Shown: piece after piece, positions 54,928-64,000 of the stretch
Position numbering within the stretch: position 1 is the first letter of the stretch
How the letters are laid out: each line of letters opens with the position of its first letter
Origin: Thermoplasmata archaeon
GTDB taxonomy: Archaea; Thermoplasmatota; Thermoplasmata; UBA10834
Assembly: GCA_014859835.1 (NCBI GenBank)
Contig: JACZKW010000047.1
Location: 2,723 to 66,722 of the forward strand
Length of the DNA stretch: 64,000 nt
Direction of reading: 5' to 3'
Notes under the pieces: model-generated
The model's input: the letters and a program-made list of their open reading frames with translations, nothing else
Database searches by the model: none
What the model was told of the DNA's origin: nothing
Position numbers and translations under genes: made by a program

Positions 54928-55500
54928 ATGGATAAATGGGGACTCCTGAGACGGACAATTCATCTGATGATCGGGTTCACACCGTTGTATTATGCCCTAC
55001 CAGACGAACTGCCCATCATAGGAACCGATCATTGGGTAATCCTCTTCATTGGATTGCTTATGGTGGCTGTGATCGAGGGCGTGCGCCTTTCTTTCGGGTT
55101 GATGTTTCCGGGGCTGCGTCCATATGAACGCCACCAGGTAGCCTCGTACGTCTGGGCGTCCGTGGGAGTACTGGTGGCACTCTGGCTCATGCCATCTGAA
55201 GTGGGTACTGTCTGCATAGTCGGCATGGCGGTCACGGACCCCATCGCGGGCGAGCTCCGGAAGCGTTACAGGACACCCATGGCGTCGATACTTCCGCCAA
55301 TAGCGATCTACGGCGCGATATGCCTGACAATAATGGTTCAAATGACTTCCTGGACGTGGGAGTTGATACTGATCATGTGCGCCGTAGGATCAGTCTCGGC
55401 CATCCTGTCTGAACGCTGGAAGACGAAGTACCTCGACGATGATTTCCTCATGATCGTGGTACCTGGTATACTGATGACCGCGCTCGCACTCACCTTATGA
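54928..55500 (+). CDS. small polytopic membrane protein, possibly CTP-transferase/CDP-archaeol-synthase-like (DUF46)
   Basis: ~190 aa, 5 TM, VTDPIAGELRKRY resembling the GDxxExxxKR motif; weak. Confidence 0.3.
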   Translation: MDKWGLLRRTIHLMIGFTPLYYALPDELPIIGTDHWVILFIGLLMVAVIEGVRLSFGLMFPGLRPYERHQVASYVWASVGVLVALWLMPSEVGTVCIVGMAVTDPIAGELRKRYRTPMASILPPIAIYGAICLTIMVQMTSWTWELILIMCAVGSVSAILSERWKTKYLDDDFLMIVVPGILMTALALTL

Positions 55501-55536
55501 AGAAAAGAATGCCTTCGGTGTGTGCGCGCCGCAAGA

Positions 55537-55830
55537 TCAGAGCACTTCTAGTTTCCCGTACTTGCCAGCGCTCACTTGGAGCTTATCCTTGTACGCGGAT
55601 GCCCAGCCGTTGGTGATCTTTATCCGGGAGTTGACCTCGACCTTGTCAATGTCATCATTCCAGAGCGTGAGGCTGACCGTGTCGCCGTTCTCGTCCTGGC
55701 CGACAGCATCGCAGACCTTACCTCCGGTTCCACTCCAGTTCGACTTCCACTCTCTTGGCTCACTCTTTTCGACGACGGTGACTGTCAATTCGTCGACTTT
55801 CGCCTTATCTTTGAGGTCTTTTGCCAACAT
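55537..55830 (-). CDS. single OB-fold nucleic-acid-binding protein (RPA/SSB-like)
   Basis: TVSLTLWNDD...RIKITNGWASAYKDKLQVSAGKYGKLEV; start set to internal ATG (ORF track to 55917). Confidence 0.5.
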   Translation of the reverse strand: MLAKDLKDKAKVDELTVTVVEKSEPREWKSNWSGTGGKVCDAVGQDENGDTVSLTLWNDDIDKVEVNSRIKITNGWASAYKDKLQVSAGKYGKLEVL

Positions 55831-56018
55831 TGAAGCACGCCTCTCATCGATGCGAAGTTGCTCCCCATACTTAAACCTCACTCTGATTCTTGGGTGCGGT
55901 CGACTTATACTACACATCTGTGCCTTGCCGGCGTTTTAGGCATTAGCCAGCTCTATCTCGGAACCTACGTTTCGACTCCAATTAGCCTTATATTCTTGCA
56001 CTCAGATAGGGGCCGTCC

Positions 56019-56516
56019 ATGACTAGGATTAAGGTCATAACCGAGCCGGCAGAACTAGTACCGATGTTCCGGGCGGTAGACACAAAAGTAAAGAGGGAGG
56101 TCTTAAAACTAGTCACCCTCGAATGGCACACTATCCGAGATATAGAGAAGCAGTTCGGCCTTGCAGGAAGAGACGCCCTGCAGTTCTTTGAGAAGATGAA
56201 GCTCGTTGAGACAAGATGGCAGACTTCCGAGAGCCAACAGCCAGAGAAGGCCTACCATACTTACTATACATCTTTTCACATTAACGCATCCTGGCCAGTG
56301 TATGAGATCAGCGATGTCTTGGCAGCCGCGGTGATGGAAGAGAAAGAGTTTACGAAGATCGAGAAACAGATCTTCGACCTCGTGGGCGCCCAAGGCAAGT
56401 TCGCCGGGGACGTGGCGGAGATCCTAGGCGTGACTTTCACGATGCTGAAGAGCCTAGTGAAACGTAGTACCAAGCTCGACTACCGCGGTCACAGGATCGA
56501 GCGCGTGAAAGAATGA
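56019..56516 (+). CDS. hypothetical winged-helix protein
   Basis: ArsR-like wHTH KLVTLEWHTIRDIEKQFG. Confidence 0.4.
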   Translation: MTRIKVITEPAELVPMFRAVDTKVKREVLKLVTLEWHTIRDIEKQFGLAGRDALQFFEKMKLVETRWQTSESQQPEKAYHTYYTSFHINASWPVYEISDVLAAAVMEEKEFTKIEKQIFDLVGAQGKFAGDVAEILGVTFTMLKSLVKRSTKLDYRGHRIERVKE

Positions 56517-56548
56517 TTCCCATTGGCGTATGAGGTTGAGGTGGCAGG

Positions 56549-57091
56549 ATGATTGTCGTCCTGAGGCTGGGCCATCGCCCCGAGCGTGATCAGAGGGTGA
56601 CTACGCATGTTGCACTCACAGCGAGAGCCCTGGGCGCAGACGAGATATGGGTCTCTACCGAAGATCATGATCTTGAGAAATCCGTGCGCGGCGTCGTGAG
56701 CAGGTTCGGCGGGAATTTCTCGATAAAGACCGGTGTGGAATGGCGAAAGGCGATACGGTCCTGGAAAGGCACCGTCGTTCACCTTACCATGTATGGGGAG
56801 CGGCTATCCGATGCCCTGCCCACGCTCAGGGACCAGGATCTCTTGATCGTGGTGGGGGCGGAGAAGGTTCCTCGAGCGGTCTATGATCTTGCTCACAGGA
56901 ACATATCGGTGGGCAGTCAGCCGCATTCCGAGATTGCCGCACTCGCAATCCTGCTTGATCGGCATTTTAGTGGCAAAGCCCTTAACGAGGACTTCGGTGG
57001 ACCGATGAAGATCGTTCCTAATCCAAGGGGGAAGACTGTAATTGACAGCAGAGACGAGGTCAAGGCCCGTAATCCTTCCAAGCAGGGATGA
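56549..57091 (+). CDS. trm56: tRNA (cytidine56-2'-O)-methyltransferase aTrm56
   Basis: MIVVLRLGHRPERDQRVTTHVALTARALGAD, HLTMYG, IVVGAEKVPRAVYDLA, GSQPHSEIAALAILLDR. Confidence 0.85.
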   Translation: MIVVLRLGHRPERDQRVTTHVALTARALGADEIWVSTEDHDLEKSVRGVVSRFGGNFSIKTGVEWRKAIRSWKGTVVHLTMYGERLSDALPTLRDQDLLIVVGAEKVPRAVYDLAHRNISVGSQPHSEIAALAILLDRHFSGKALNEDFGGPMKIVPNPRGKTVIDSRDEVKARNPSKQG

Positions 57092-57587
57092 ATGCATCTC
57101 CCTCCTTCGAAGTAACGGTTGCAGCGAGGATGTGGTAGAGCACTGCATCGCGGTATCTAATCTGGCTGTCAAGATTGCGCGGAGGTGCGATGCCGATGAA
57201 TGTTTGGTCGAATCTGGAGGCCTGCTGCATGATATCGGAAGATGCCGCACGCACGCCATCAACCACGGGGTCGAGGGTGCGAAGCTTGCTCGAAAGCTGA
57301 AGCTACCTATACCGCTCATCCAGATTATTGAAAGACATGTCGGAGCAGGTATCGACAGGGCTGAGGCCAGACGATTGGGGTTGCCTAAGAAGGATTACTC
57401 TCCAAAGACTCTCGAAGAGATGATTGTGGCACATGCCGACAATCTCATAGATGGGACCAAGAGGATAACTGTCAAGGAATCGGTAGCCTCGATGGTGCGC
57501 AAGAATCTGCATGATCAGGCATCTCGCATTCTCGCTCTCCACAGAGAGTTGTCTGAACGATGTGGCCTTGATGTCGATAGTGTCTGA
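57042..57587 (+). CDS. HD-domain phosphohydrolase
   Basis: LLHDIGR...H..G, overlaps trm56 3' end by ~50 bp. Confidence 0.7.
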   Translation: MTAETRSRPVILPSRDECISLLRSNGCSEDVVEHCIAVSNLAVKIARRCDADECLVESGGLLHDIGRCRTHAINHGVEGAKLARKLKLPIPLIQIIERHVGAGIDRAEARRLGLPKKDYSPKTLEEMIVAHADNLIDGTKRITVKESVASMVRKNLHDQASRILALHRELSERCGLDVDSV

Positions 57588-57592
57588 TGGAT

Positions 57593-58141
57593 TCACCATC
57601 TCTGATAGTGGACTATCTCCGACAGCTCTTTCCGGTTGGCGCTTCCGACGACCCTCTTGGTTACTCTAGCCATGAGACTGTCCTTCTCAGCTGGATATCC
57701 CACAGGCACGAGTGCCACCACCTTGATGCCATCCGGTATGCCCAGAGCGCTCCTGACCTTGTCTTCCTTGAACGCGCCTACCCAGCATGTACCGAGCCCC
57801 TGCTCCCACGCTTCCAGAACGAAATGCTCGGTCGCAATGGCCACATCCACTAGATAGTACTGCTTCCCCTCGCGTTCCCCGCTCTTTGCCGGGTCGCCGC
57901 AGGCTGCGAGGAGCGCGGGGGTGTTCTTGATGGGTGCGGGAACTATGCCAAGGCTTGCGATCTCATCCTTGCCGATCACCAGGACGAACTGCCAACATTG
58001 TTTGTTGGCCCACGATGGCGCCAGTCTAGCAACTTCCAGGCATCGTTCCAGTTTATCTTTCTCTATCGGGGCGCCATCAAAAGTCCTGATGCTCTTACGG
58101 GTGGTTATCGCATCCCAGACCGTCAAGGCTCGTGTATCCAT
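57593..58141 (-). CDS. nitroreductase-family protein
   Basis: ITTRKSIRTFDGAPIEKDKLERCLEVARLAPSWANKQCW. Confidence 0.85.
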   Translation of the reverse strand: MDTRALTVWDAITTRKSIRTFDGAPIEKDKLERCLEVARLAPSWANKQCWQFVLVIGKDEIASLGIVPAPIKNTPALLAACGDPAKSGEREGKQYYLVDVAIATEHFVLEAWEQGLGTCWVGAFKEDKVRSALGIPDGIKVVALVPVGYPAEKDSLMARVTKRVVGSANRKELSEIVHYQRW

Positions 58142-58195
58142 CGTTCAATCATCGCCGTCCGGCATAATCAAAGATGCGCCGTTTGTGTTTCGAAC

Positions 58196-58750
58196 TCAAT
58201 GCTTGTATCTAGCGAACTCGCCGCGTTTGTGAGCGTCCCTCAACTTGTGATACTCCTCGGCGTTTCTCTTGGCCGCTTCTTTGAGCGTGGCGTCACCTTC
58301 CTTGACTATCTTGGCAGGGACCCCTACCACTAGACTGCCTGAAGGCACCTTCATGCCGGCCTTGACGAGTGCATTAGCCCCTATTATCGAGCCGCTACCG
58401 ACCTCAGCACCATCGAGCACGGATGAATTCATTCCGATGATCACATAATCCCCTATCTTCGCCGCATGTACGATCGCCCCATGGCCCATCGAGACATTCT
58501 TCCCAATGATGGTCGGCTTGCCGGGATTGCCATGGATCTGACAATGCTCTTGAACACTCGACCCCTCCCCTATCCTGACCTCGGATAGGTCCGCTCGGAT
58601 GACTGCGTAGGGCCAGATGCTGCAACCTCTTTCTATGACGACGTCACCGATTATGACCGATTCCGGCGCGACGTAGCAGGTAGGGTCTACTCGTGGTTCT
58701 GACACAGACGAGTTGAGGGCTCGCAGAGGATAAATGCCTTGCGAAAACAA
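58196..58750 (-). CDS. gamma-class carbonic anhydrase-like hexapeptide-repeat protein
   Basis: left-handed beta-helix repeats, His ligand pattern of CamH/PaaY family. Confidence 0.85.
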   Translation of the reverse strand: MFSQGIYPLRALNSSVSEPRVDPTCYVAPESVIIGDVVIERGCSIWPYAVIRADLSEVRIGEGSSVQEHCQIHGNPGKPTIIGKNVSMGHGAIVHAAKIGDYVIIGMNSSVLDGAEVGSGSIIGANALVKAGMKVPSGSLVVGVPAKIVKEGDATLKEAAKRNAEEYHKLRDAHKRGEFARYKH

Positions 58751-58754
58751 CGAT

Positions 58755-59033
58755 TTACTTGTTGGACTTCTCGGTCTTCTTGGAGCCCCTCTTTAGTGCC
58801 ACCCTCTTTGGGAAGTACTTCAGAATGACTATGTCACCGACTGAATTGATCCATCTAAACGGAACATTCACCGATTTGGACCCCTCGACCAACAGCGGGT
58901 TAGTGCTGCTAATGAACAGCCCTTGAACCTTGTTTTCGTCGACCTCAACTACGAGGTTCGAGATGTTCCCTAGATAGATACCCTGATTTGTATAGACCTG
59001 CAATCCGATAAGCTCAGAAGCTTCTGAAAGCAT
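58755..59033 (-). CDS. PRC-barrel domain protein
   Basis: ELIGLQVYTNQGIYLGNISNLVVEVDENKV. Confidence 0.6.
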   Translation of the reverse strand: MLSEASELIGLQVYTNQGIYLGNISNLVVEVDENKVQGLFISSTNPLLVEGSKSVNVPFRWINSVGDIVILKYFPKRVALKRGSKKTEKSNK

Positions 59034-59204
59034 CCTGCATCCCTATCGACCGTATCGTGCTATTCCGGTTAAATAGTTTCTCTTGGTCCAGTATTCTCCT
59101 CTCAAGACTCTGTCTTGAGCATGAAACACACAATTACGTGACAATGATTAAGTATTCATCACACAATCGGTATTGTAGAAGAATGGCACAAGTGTGCAAC
59201 CACG

Positions 59205-59627
59205 GTGGAATACATGTCATCCGAACTCGAAGAGATACGACAGAAGAAGATGCAAGAACTGATTAAGACAACTAGCTCCACGCAATCAGGAGGAAATGGC
59301 TTCCCCAGTGCACCGGTCGTGGTGACGGACGAGAACTTCGAAGAGACGATCAAGAAGTATCCAAACGTCGTCGTCGATTGCTGGGCTCCGTGGTGCGGCC
59401 CATGCAGGACGCTCTCGCCGACGATCGACGCCATGGCCAAGGACTACACTGGGAAAGTCGTCTTCACGAAGCTGAACACTGATGAGAACATCAATGTAGC
59501 GAGCAAGTTCAGGATAATGAGCATACCGACCCTGCTCTATTTCAAGAACGGTTCTTTGGTCGATAAGACCGTTGGCGCTCTCCCAAGGCCGATGCTTGAA
59601 TCACAACTGAAGAAACACTTGGCGTGA
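59205..59627 (+). CDS. trxA: thioredoxin
   Basis: VVDCWAPWCGPCRTLSP. Confidence 0.9.
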   Translation: MEYMSSELEEIRQKKMQELIKTTSSTQSGGNGFPSAPVVVTDENFEETIKKYPNVVVDCWAPWCGPCRTLSPTIDAMAKDYTGKVVFTKLNTDENINVASKFRIMSIPTLLYFKNGSLVDKTVGALPRPMLESQLKKHLA

Positions 59628-59744
59628 GACCAAGACTAAACTCAGGATAACCAACTTCCCCCCATTCTTTTTATTTCCAGCGAATAGCGACAGCTCATAT
59701 GGGATATTATAAATCCGGAATATCCTCTAGCCAATCCGATCAAG

Positions 59745-60158
59745 ATGGATTTCGAGACTACTGTGGAGTTCACCGGCGATTTCCCAGGAACGATGCGCTG
59801 TCAGAATGGCATGGTCATCGAGTACTCACCACCCGTGGAACTCAACGGAATGAAAGGCCCCATGACGCCTGAGGATGCGTTCATTGGTGCGGCCAATATG
59901 TGTTACCAGATAGTCTTCAGGTCGATTGCAGCTGGATTGGGGCTCAAAGTGCTCAGCTACAAGTGCAGGGCCGTCGGTGATCTGCAAACCGTCGAGGGTT
60001 CCAAGGGGTTCGTCAGGATTACGATGTATCCGGAGATATCATTTGAGCAGGGTTCGAACATGGCGAACCTAGAAAAAGCTCTGGAGACAACCAAGCGAAA
60101 ATGCCTTGTCACCAATTCGATATCGTGCGAAGTAAGAATCGAACACCGTGTGATCTGA
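59745..60158 (+). CDS. OsmC/Ohr-family peroxiredoxin-like protein
   Basis: OsmC fold with two Cys (ANMCYQ..., KRKCLVTN). Confidence 0.7.
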   Translation: MDFETTVEFTGDFPGTMRCQNGMVIEYSPPVELNGMKGPMTPEDAFIGAANMCYQIVFRSIAAGLGLKVLSYKCRAVGDLQTVEGSKGFVRITMYPEISFEQGSNMANLEKALETTKRKCLVTNSISCEVRIEHRVI

Positions 60159-60162
60159 GTCA

Positions 60163-60918
60163 TTGGACGAGGTGAATTCAATGTGCAGAATGATTGGTGG
60201 TGTGTTCAGAGACAAGTTCCCGATCGGGGCCCTGAAGGATCTTCAGCATGTGTCTGAACTTGGGGAAGTGCCAGATAGAGGGACCGAAGAACTTGGTCAT
60301 AGGGATGGCTGGGGGATTGTCACATTCTCATCTGGGTCTTCGAAACTCTTGGGCAAGAGCGAGCGACCTATGCATTTGGACCCATCGTTCGATGCAGCCC
60401 TCGAGGACGTTGCTAAGCTGGAAGGCCCGAACATTCTGATCGCTCATGCTCGTAGAGGTTCCGAAGGCAGTCTATCGTTGGCAAACACGCATCCGTTCAT
60501 ATCTGATGGTATCGTCTTCGCCCATAACGGCACCATCAAGAAATTCCATCCGAACACCTCGAGGAATCCGTTGGGTCAGACGGACAGCGAGCGGGTGTTC
60601 ATGACTCTCCTCGATCGCTTGGATGAAAAGAAATCCATGACATCCGCGATCGAAACCCTGGTCAAGGAAGACGTCAGAGGCCACGAATTCACCGGTCTGA
60701 TGCTGTTGATATCCGATGGTAAGAAACTATATGGCTACAGGGGGTACTCGCAGGAAAAGGACTCATGGTACTATACCATGAATGTCTCGAAATGCCCTGA
60801 TGAAGTGATAGTGTATCAGCAGACGCATATGGGATACGCGCCTCCGATCGATGAGGTCAAGAACGGTGAATTGGTCACGGTGGACCTCGACCTGAACGTG
60901 GAGATCATTCATCTCTAG
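60163..60918 (+). CDS. class II (Ntn) glutamine amidotransferase-like protein, YafJ type
   Basis: N-terminal MCRMIGG (Cys2 nucleophile), IAHARRGSEGS...NTHPF. Confidence 0.7.
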   Translation: MDEVNSMCRMIGGVFRDKFPIGALKDLQHVSELGEVPDRGTEELGHRDGWGIVTFSSGSSKLLGKSERPMHLDPSFDAALEDVAKLEGPNILIAHARRGSEGSLSLANTHPFISDGIVFAHNGTIKKFHPNTSRNPLGQTDSERVFMTLLDRLDEKKSMTSAIETLVKEDVRGHEFTGLMLLISDGKKLYGYRGYSQEKDSWYYTMNVSKCPDEVIVYQQTHMGYAPPIDEVKNGELVTVDLDLNVEIIHL

Positions 60919-61469
60919 TTTTTCGACTTCCGCGCGGCAAGCCGGATTGCTTCTGTGACACTGTCCCTCGGCATGATAGTCGCTATCGGAATATCCACGA
61001 CCTTCTCTATCGTATAGCTTACGATTGGTGCACAGACGACGGCTATCGCGCCATCTCTCTCCGCTCTTATCGCTGCGACGATTGCATCCTCTACCGTCGA
61101 TGCGGGGTATTCTCTGACCCTCACACTCCCAGTGCCTATTTGGACCGACCGTTCAACGACCTCTTCCAGTACGTGCCTCGCGGCTATGACTGCGATGAAT
61201 TTTCCCGCCTTTCTGCCATCTGCCTCTCTGACGGCCGATAAGATCCGTCTGAGGACATCCAGGCTCGGTGCACGGTCCTCGTTGACGATCTTGTAGATTG
61301 TGCTTGGAGATACCCCTGCTCGCCTTGAGAACTCCTGAACTGTCAAGCCTATAACTTCCAGTACCTCGGCCAATTCTTTTCTGAGCGCATCGTCCGACTG
61401 CATAGATGCGGACAGCAGTCTCCTGTAATTGTCCATGTATTGTCCTAATTGTAGTAATATTCGAGTCAA
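60915..61469 (-). CDS. HTH (XRE-type) domain regulator with C-terminal uncharacterised domain
   Basis: GLTVQEFSRRAGVSPSTIYKIVN. Confidence 0.5.
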   Translation of the reverse strand: MTRILLQLGQYMDNYRRLLSASMQSDDALRKELAEVLEVIGLTVQEFSRRAGVSPSTIYKIVNEDRAPSLDVLRRILSAVREADGRKAGKFIAVIAARHVLEEVVERSVQIGTGSVRVREYPASTVEDAIVAAIRAERDGAIAVVCAPIVSYTIEKVVDIPIATIMPRDSVTEAIRLAARKSKN

Positions 61470-61554
61470 TATTTATACAATTGTATCATCTATGTGGTAC
61501 AATGGTGGGAAATGATTAATATCTCGCTATCAATCTCATTACAAGGACGATACT

Positions 61555-62664
61555 ATGGACAGGAAGATCATAATCGCCATGGCAATTGCAGTGATAGTGG
61601 TGATTGGAATAGTCGGAGCGACCCTGCTCTTTAGCAACAAAGCCTCGGGGTCGGTCTATTACATCACACTTGCTCCAAGCAACATGAAGGCCGCATTGGC
61701 ATCCGGACAGATTGATGCATACATAGCTTGGGAGCCATATGTTTCCGACTCGGTCGTAGGTGGTGTAGGCGAGATACTGCTCCTGTCTGAAGACATGATG
61801 CCGAACCATCCCTGTTGTGTAGTCGCGGTGTCGAATGATTTCCTAGGGTCGACGGACGGTACGGAATTATCCGAGCGGTTCTTGAAAGCGCACATGGACG
61901 CGACGGACTGGATGGTCGACGCCTTGGAGAATCCTGAGGGCGAGAATTATACTCTACTGGTATCTCTCGCCATGGATTTCACGTTGAGGAACGAATCGGT
62001 AGTGAAAGCTGCGCTGGATCACATGATCTATGGTTATGCGATGGGGGCGACCTTCACTTCAGCGCTTGAGGAATTCACACAGATGTACATCGACACTAAC
62101 ATGACGACTGATGCCGCCCTCGAGGAGCAGGGATACTCTTCCGTGAGCGACTTCGTAGACGAATATGTCGATCAATCATTGCTCGAAGGCGCAGCTGACA
62201 TCGAACCGAGTTCAACCATCATGAATCCAGACTCGCCGATTAGGCTCGGATTCCTGAACGGTGATCTGCACCAGCTCGCACAATTCGTTGCTCAGGACAT
62301 ACGCGTGCTGGGTGACCAGACCATGTTCGAGATGTATGGTGTCAACGTGGTCAATGCGACCGGTGCACCATTCGCCAACGGCGGCGCGGTGATGACACAA
62401 TTCGCGGCTGGTAATGTGGATGTCGGCTACCTAGGCGCTCCGCCAGCTCTGCTGCAGCACCTGAATGCGGGCGTCGACATAACGATAATATCGCAGGCTA
62501 ACAGCGAAGGAAGCGGCCTTGTGGTCAAGGCAGGCTCAGGCATAACGAGCGTTAAGGACCTGATCAACCGGACGGTTGCCACTCCTGGTGAGTCTTCCAT
62601 ACAGTTCCTTCTCCTGAAGATAACCTTGCAGAAGGAGGGTTTGGATCTGGAGATACGGACCTGA
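61555..62664 (+). CDS. ABC transporter substrate-binding protein (NitT/TauT/NMT1-like)
   Basis: N-terminal anchor, IDAYIAWEPY..., GNVDVGYLGAPPALL. Confidence 0.7.
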   Translation: MDRKIIIAMAIAVIVVIGIVGATLLFSNKASGSVYYITLAPSNMKAALASGQIDAYIAWEPYVSDSVVGGVGEILLLSEDMMPNHPCCVVAVSNDFLGSTDGTELSERFLKAHMDATDWMVDALENPEGENYTLLVSLAMDFTLRNESVVKAALDHMIYGYAMGATFTSALEEFTQMYIDTNMTTDAALEEQGYSSVSDFVDEYVDQSLLEGAADIEPSSTIMNPDSPIRLGFLNGDLHQLAQFVAQDIRVLGDQTMFEMYGVNVVNATGAPFANGGAVMTQFAAGNVDVGYLGAPPALLQHLNAGVDITIISQANSEGSGLVVKAGSGITSVKDLINRTVATPGESSIQFLLLKITLQKEGLDLEIRT

Positions 62665-62688
62665 TTCCCAAACTTCTATCTCCATGCA

Positions 62689-63540
62689 TTGTATCACTCT
62701 AAATCTGGGGGCTATATGGAGAACATCCTGTCGCAGATTACGAAGATGCTCCGAGAAAATGGGAAGACGATAGTCCTAGGTCTCCTGTCGATCTGCGTAT
62801 TCATCCTCGCCTGGCACACACTTGCTTGGTATCTCAAAGATACAGGGTCCAGTGTCGCATATCTGATGCCTTATCCTGCGGAGGTCGCAGAAGCATTCAT
62901 CGATTCCTTCATGTCTCGGGACCCGGCGACCCATCTCTACATGCACGACCATATCATCTCAAGTCTCAAGCGGATCGTCCTTGGATTCATGCTCGCTCTC
63001 GTCATCGCTCTCCCTGCAGGCATGCTGATGGGCGCTATGAAGGGTGCTGAAGCAATAGGTAAACCGATAGTCGAGATATTCAGACCGATCCCACCGCTTG
63101 CCTGGATCCCACTGTCCATGCTGATGTTTGGCATAATCTGGGGGCCGATATGGATAGTCTTCTTGGGCATATTCTTCCCGATTCTTCTCAGTGTCATGTT
63201 CGGTGTGAGGAGCGTCGATACGGTGCTTATCGATGCTGCTAAGACATTGGGTGCGAGGAGAACGGACGTATTCACCAAGGTGATACTTCCGTACACGCTG
63301 CCTTACCTGATGACTGGAATCAAGGTTGGCCTGGGCATAGGATGGATGTGCATTGTCGCGGCCGAGATGATGGGCGCGGTCGGCGGAGGTGTTGGCTACT
63401 ACATCTGGGCATCTTCCACCGTTGGAAGATACGAGTACATGTACGCTGGAATGGCCGTGATCGGTTTGGTCAGCGTTCTCACGACCGGCATCGCTGGTCA
63501 GATTGAAAGGAGGGTCTACAAATGGATGGGCATGAAGTAA
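62689..63540 (+). CDS. ABC transporter permease (NitT/TauT family)
   Basis: 6 TM with EAA-like loop VDTVLIDAAKTLGARR. Confidence 0.85.
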   Translation: MYHSKSGGYMENILSQITKMLRENGKTIVLGLLSICVFILAWHTLAWYLKDTGSSVAYLMPYPAEVAEAFIDSFMSRDPATHLYMHDHIISSLKRIVLGFMLALVIALPAGMLMGAMKGAEAIGKPIVEIFRPIPPLAWIPLSMLMFGIIWGPIWIVFLGIFFPILLSVMFGVRSVDTVLIDAAKTLGARRTDVFTKVILPYTLPYLMTGIKVGLGIGWMCIVAAEMMGAVGGGVGYYIWASSTVGRYEYMYAGMAVIGLVSVLTTGIAGQIERRVYKWMGMK

Positions 63541-64000
63541 ATATCCTCCTCAATCACCTGTCCAAGGAGTTCCTAAAGAACAAGGACAGGGTCGTCGCAG
63601 TCTCAGATTTTAGCCTTGAGGTGGATGAAGGGGAGTTCGTGTGCCTTCTCGGGCCATCTGGTTGTGGGAAGACCACTGTGCTTAGAATCGTGGCTGGTCT
63701 CGAATCGAAAACATCTGGAAGCGTGAGGATAAACGACAAAGAGGTCACGTGCGCTGGCTCCAATCGGGGTATGGTGTTCCAGGAATTCGCTCTGTTCCCC
63801 TGGAGGAGCGCAAGGAAGAACATCGAGTTCGGACTGGAGGTGAAGGGCATTCCGGAGGAGAAGAGGGAGGAGATTTCCACGCGCCTTCTGAATCTTGTAG
63901 GTCTCAGAGGATTCGAGGACGCTCATCCCAATCAGCTGTCCGGTGGAATGAAGCAGAGGGTGGCTATAGCCCGCGCACTGGCCAACGATCCAGATGTGCT
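63522..64000 (+). CDS. ABC transporter ATP-binding protein, 3'-partial (runs off window; not in ORF track)
   Basis: ATG 63522 overlapping permease end; LLGPSGCGKTT, LSGGMKQRVAIARAL. Confidence 0.85.
   Translation, partial: MDGHEVNILLNHLSKEFLKNKDRVVAVSDFSLEVDEGEFVCLLGPSGCGKTTVLRIVAGLESKTSGSVRINDKEVTCAGSNRGMVFQEFALFPWRSARKNIEFGLEVKGIPEEKREEISTRLLNLVGLRGFEDAHPNQLSGGMKQRVAIARALANDPDV

Overview
This is a gene-dense, GC-rich archaeal chromosomal segment, most likely from a euryarchaeon (Thermoplasmata- or methanogen-like). The archaeal call rests on three intron-containing tRNAs, aTrm56, an HdrA-MvhD fusion, FlaI/FlaJ-type pilus genes, an adenosine-specific kinase and Lhr. It also carries bacterial-type modules: gyrB-gyrA, an Icd-type dehydrogenase and a DnaA-like ATPase. 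Housekeeping content includes ogg, thiC, gyrBA, purM, rlmE, eno, a leuA-like/leuC/leuD/icd cluster, trxB/trxA, aTrm56, two ABC transporters and five tRNAs (Thr, Phe, Met, Asn; Thr and Met carry introns, the Thr intron in the D-loop). Two regions stand out. (1) At 4027..6255 there is a multidomain protein with a full bacterial DnaA/Hda-type AAA+ module (domain III including the lid) but no DnaA-box domain IV; it is fused to an N-terminal DUF4388-like domain, a coiled coil, a zinc ribbon and a C-terminal DUF835-like domain, and sits about 2.7 kb from gyrBA. (2) A ~17 kb adhesion/pilus-like neighbourhood at 13673..30310. It contains a FlaH/ArlH-sized KaiC-like ATPase with a degenerate P-loop, a coiled-coil double-zinc-ribbon (DZR) protein, and a 1600-aa surface adhesin whose cytoplasmic tail carries three zinc ribbons. 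Convergent with these is an operon of two FlaI/TadA-like ATPases flanking a split FlaJ/TadBC-like platform, preceded by a 396-aa signal-anchored protein. Beyond that lie tRNA-Phe and a Zn-ribbon/HhH/coiled-coil/KaiC-like protein whose Walker A reads GKE. The same CPxCG...CxxCG double-zinc-ribbon motif recurs in at least six proteins of the window. Smaller observations: an unannotated 39-aa desulforedoxin-like ORF inside a redox-stress island, a triple TGCGCATG palindromic repeat after hdrA, a candidate Re-citrate-synthase route (leuA-like/leuCD/icd), and several ORF-track starts that run over tRNAs. I saw no CRISPR array, rRNA or transposase-like element.
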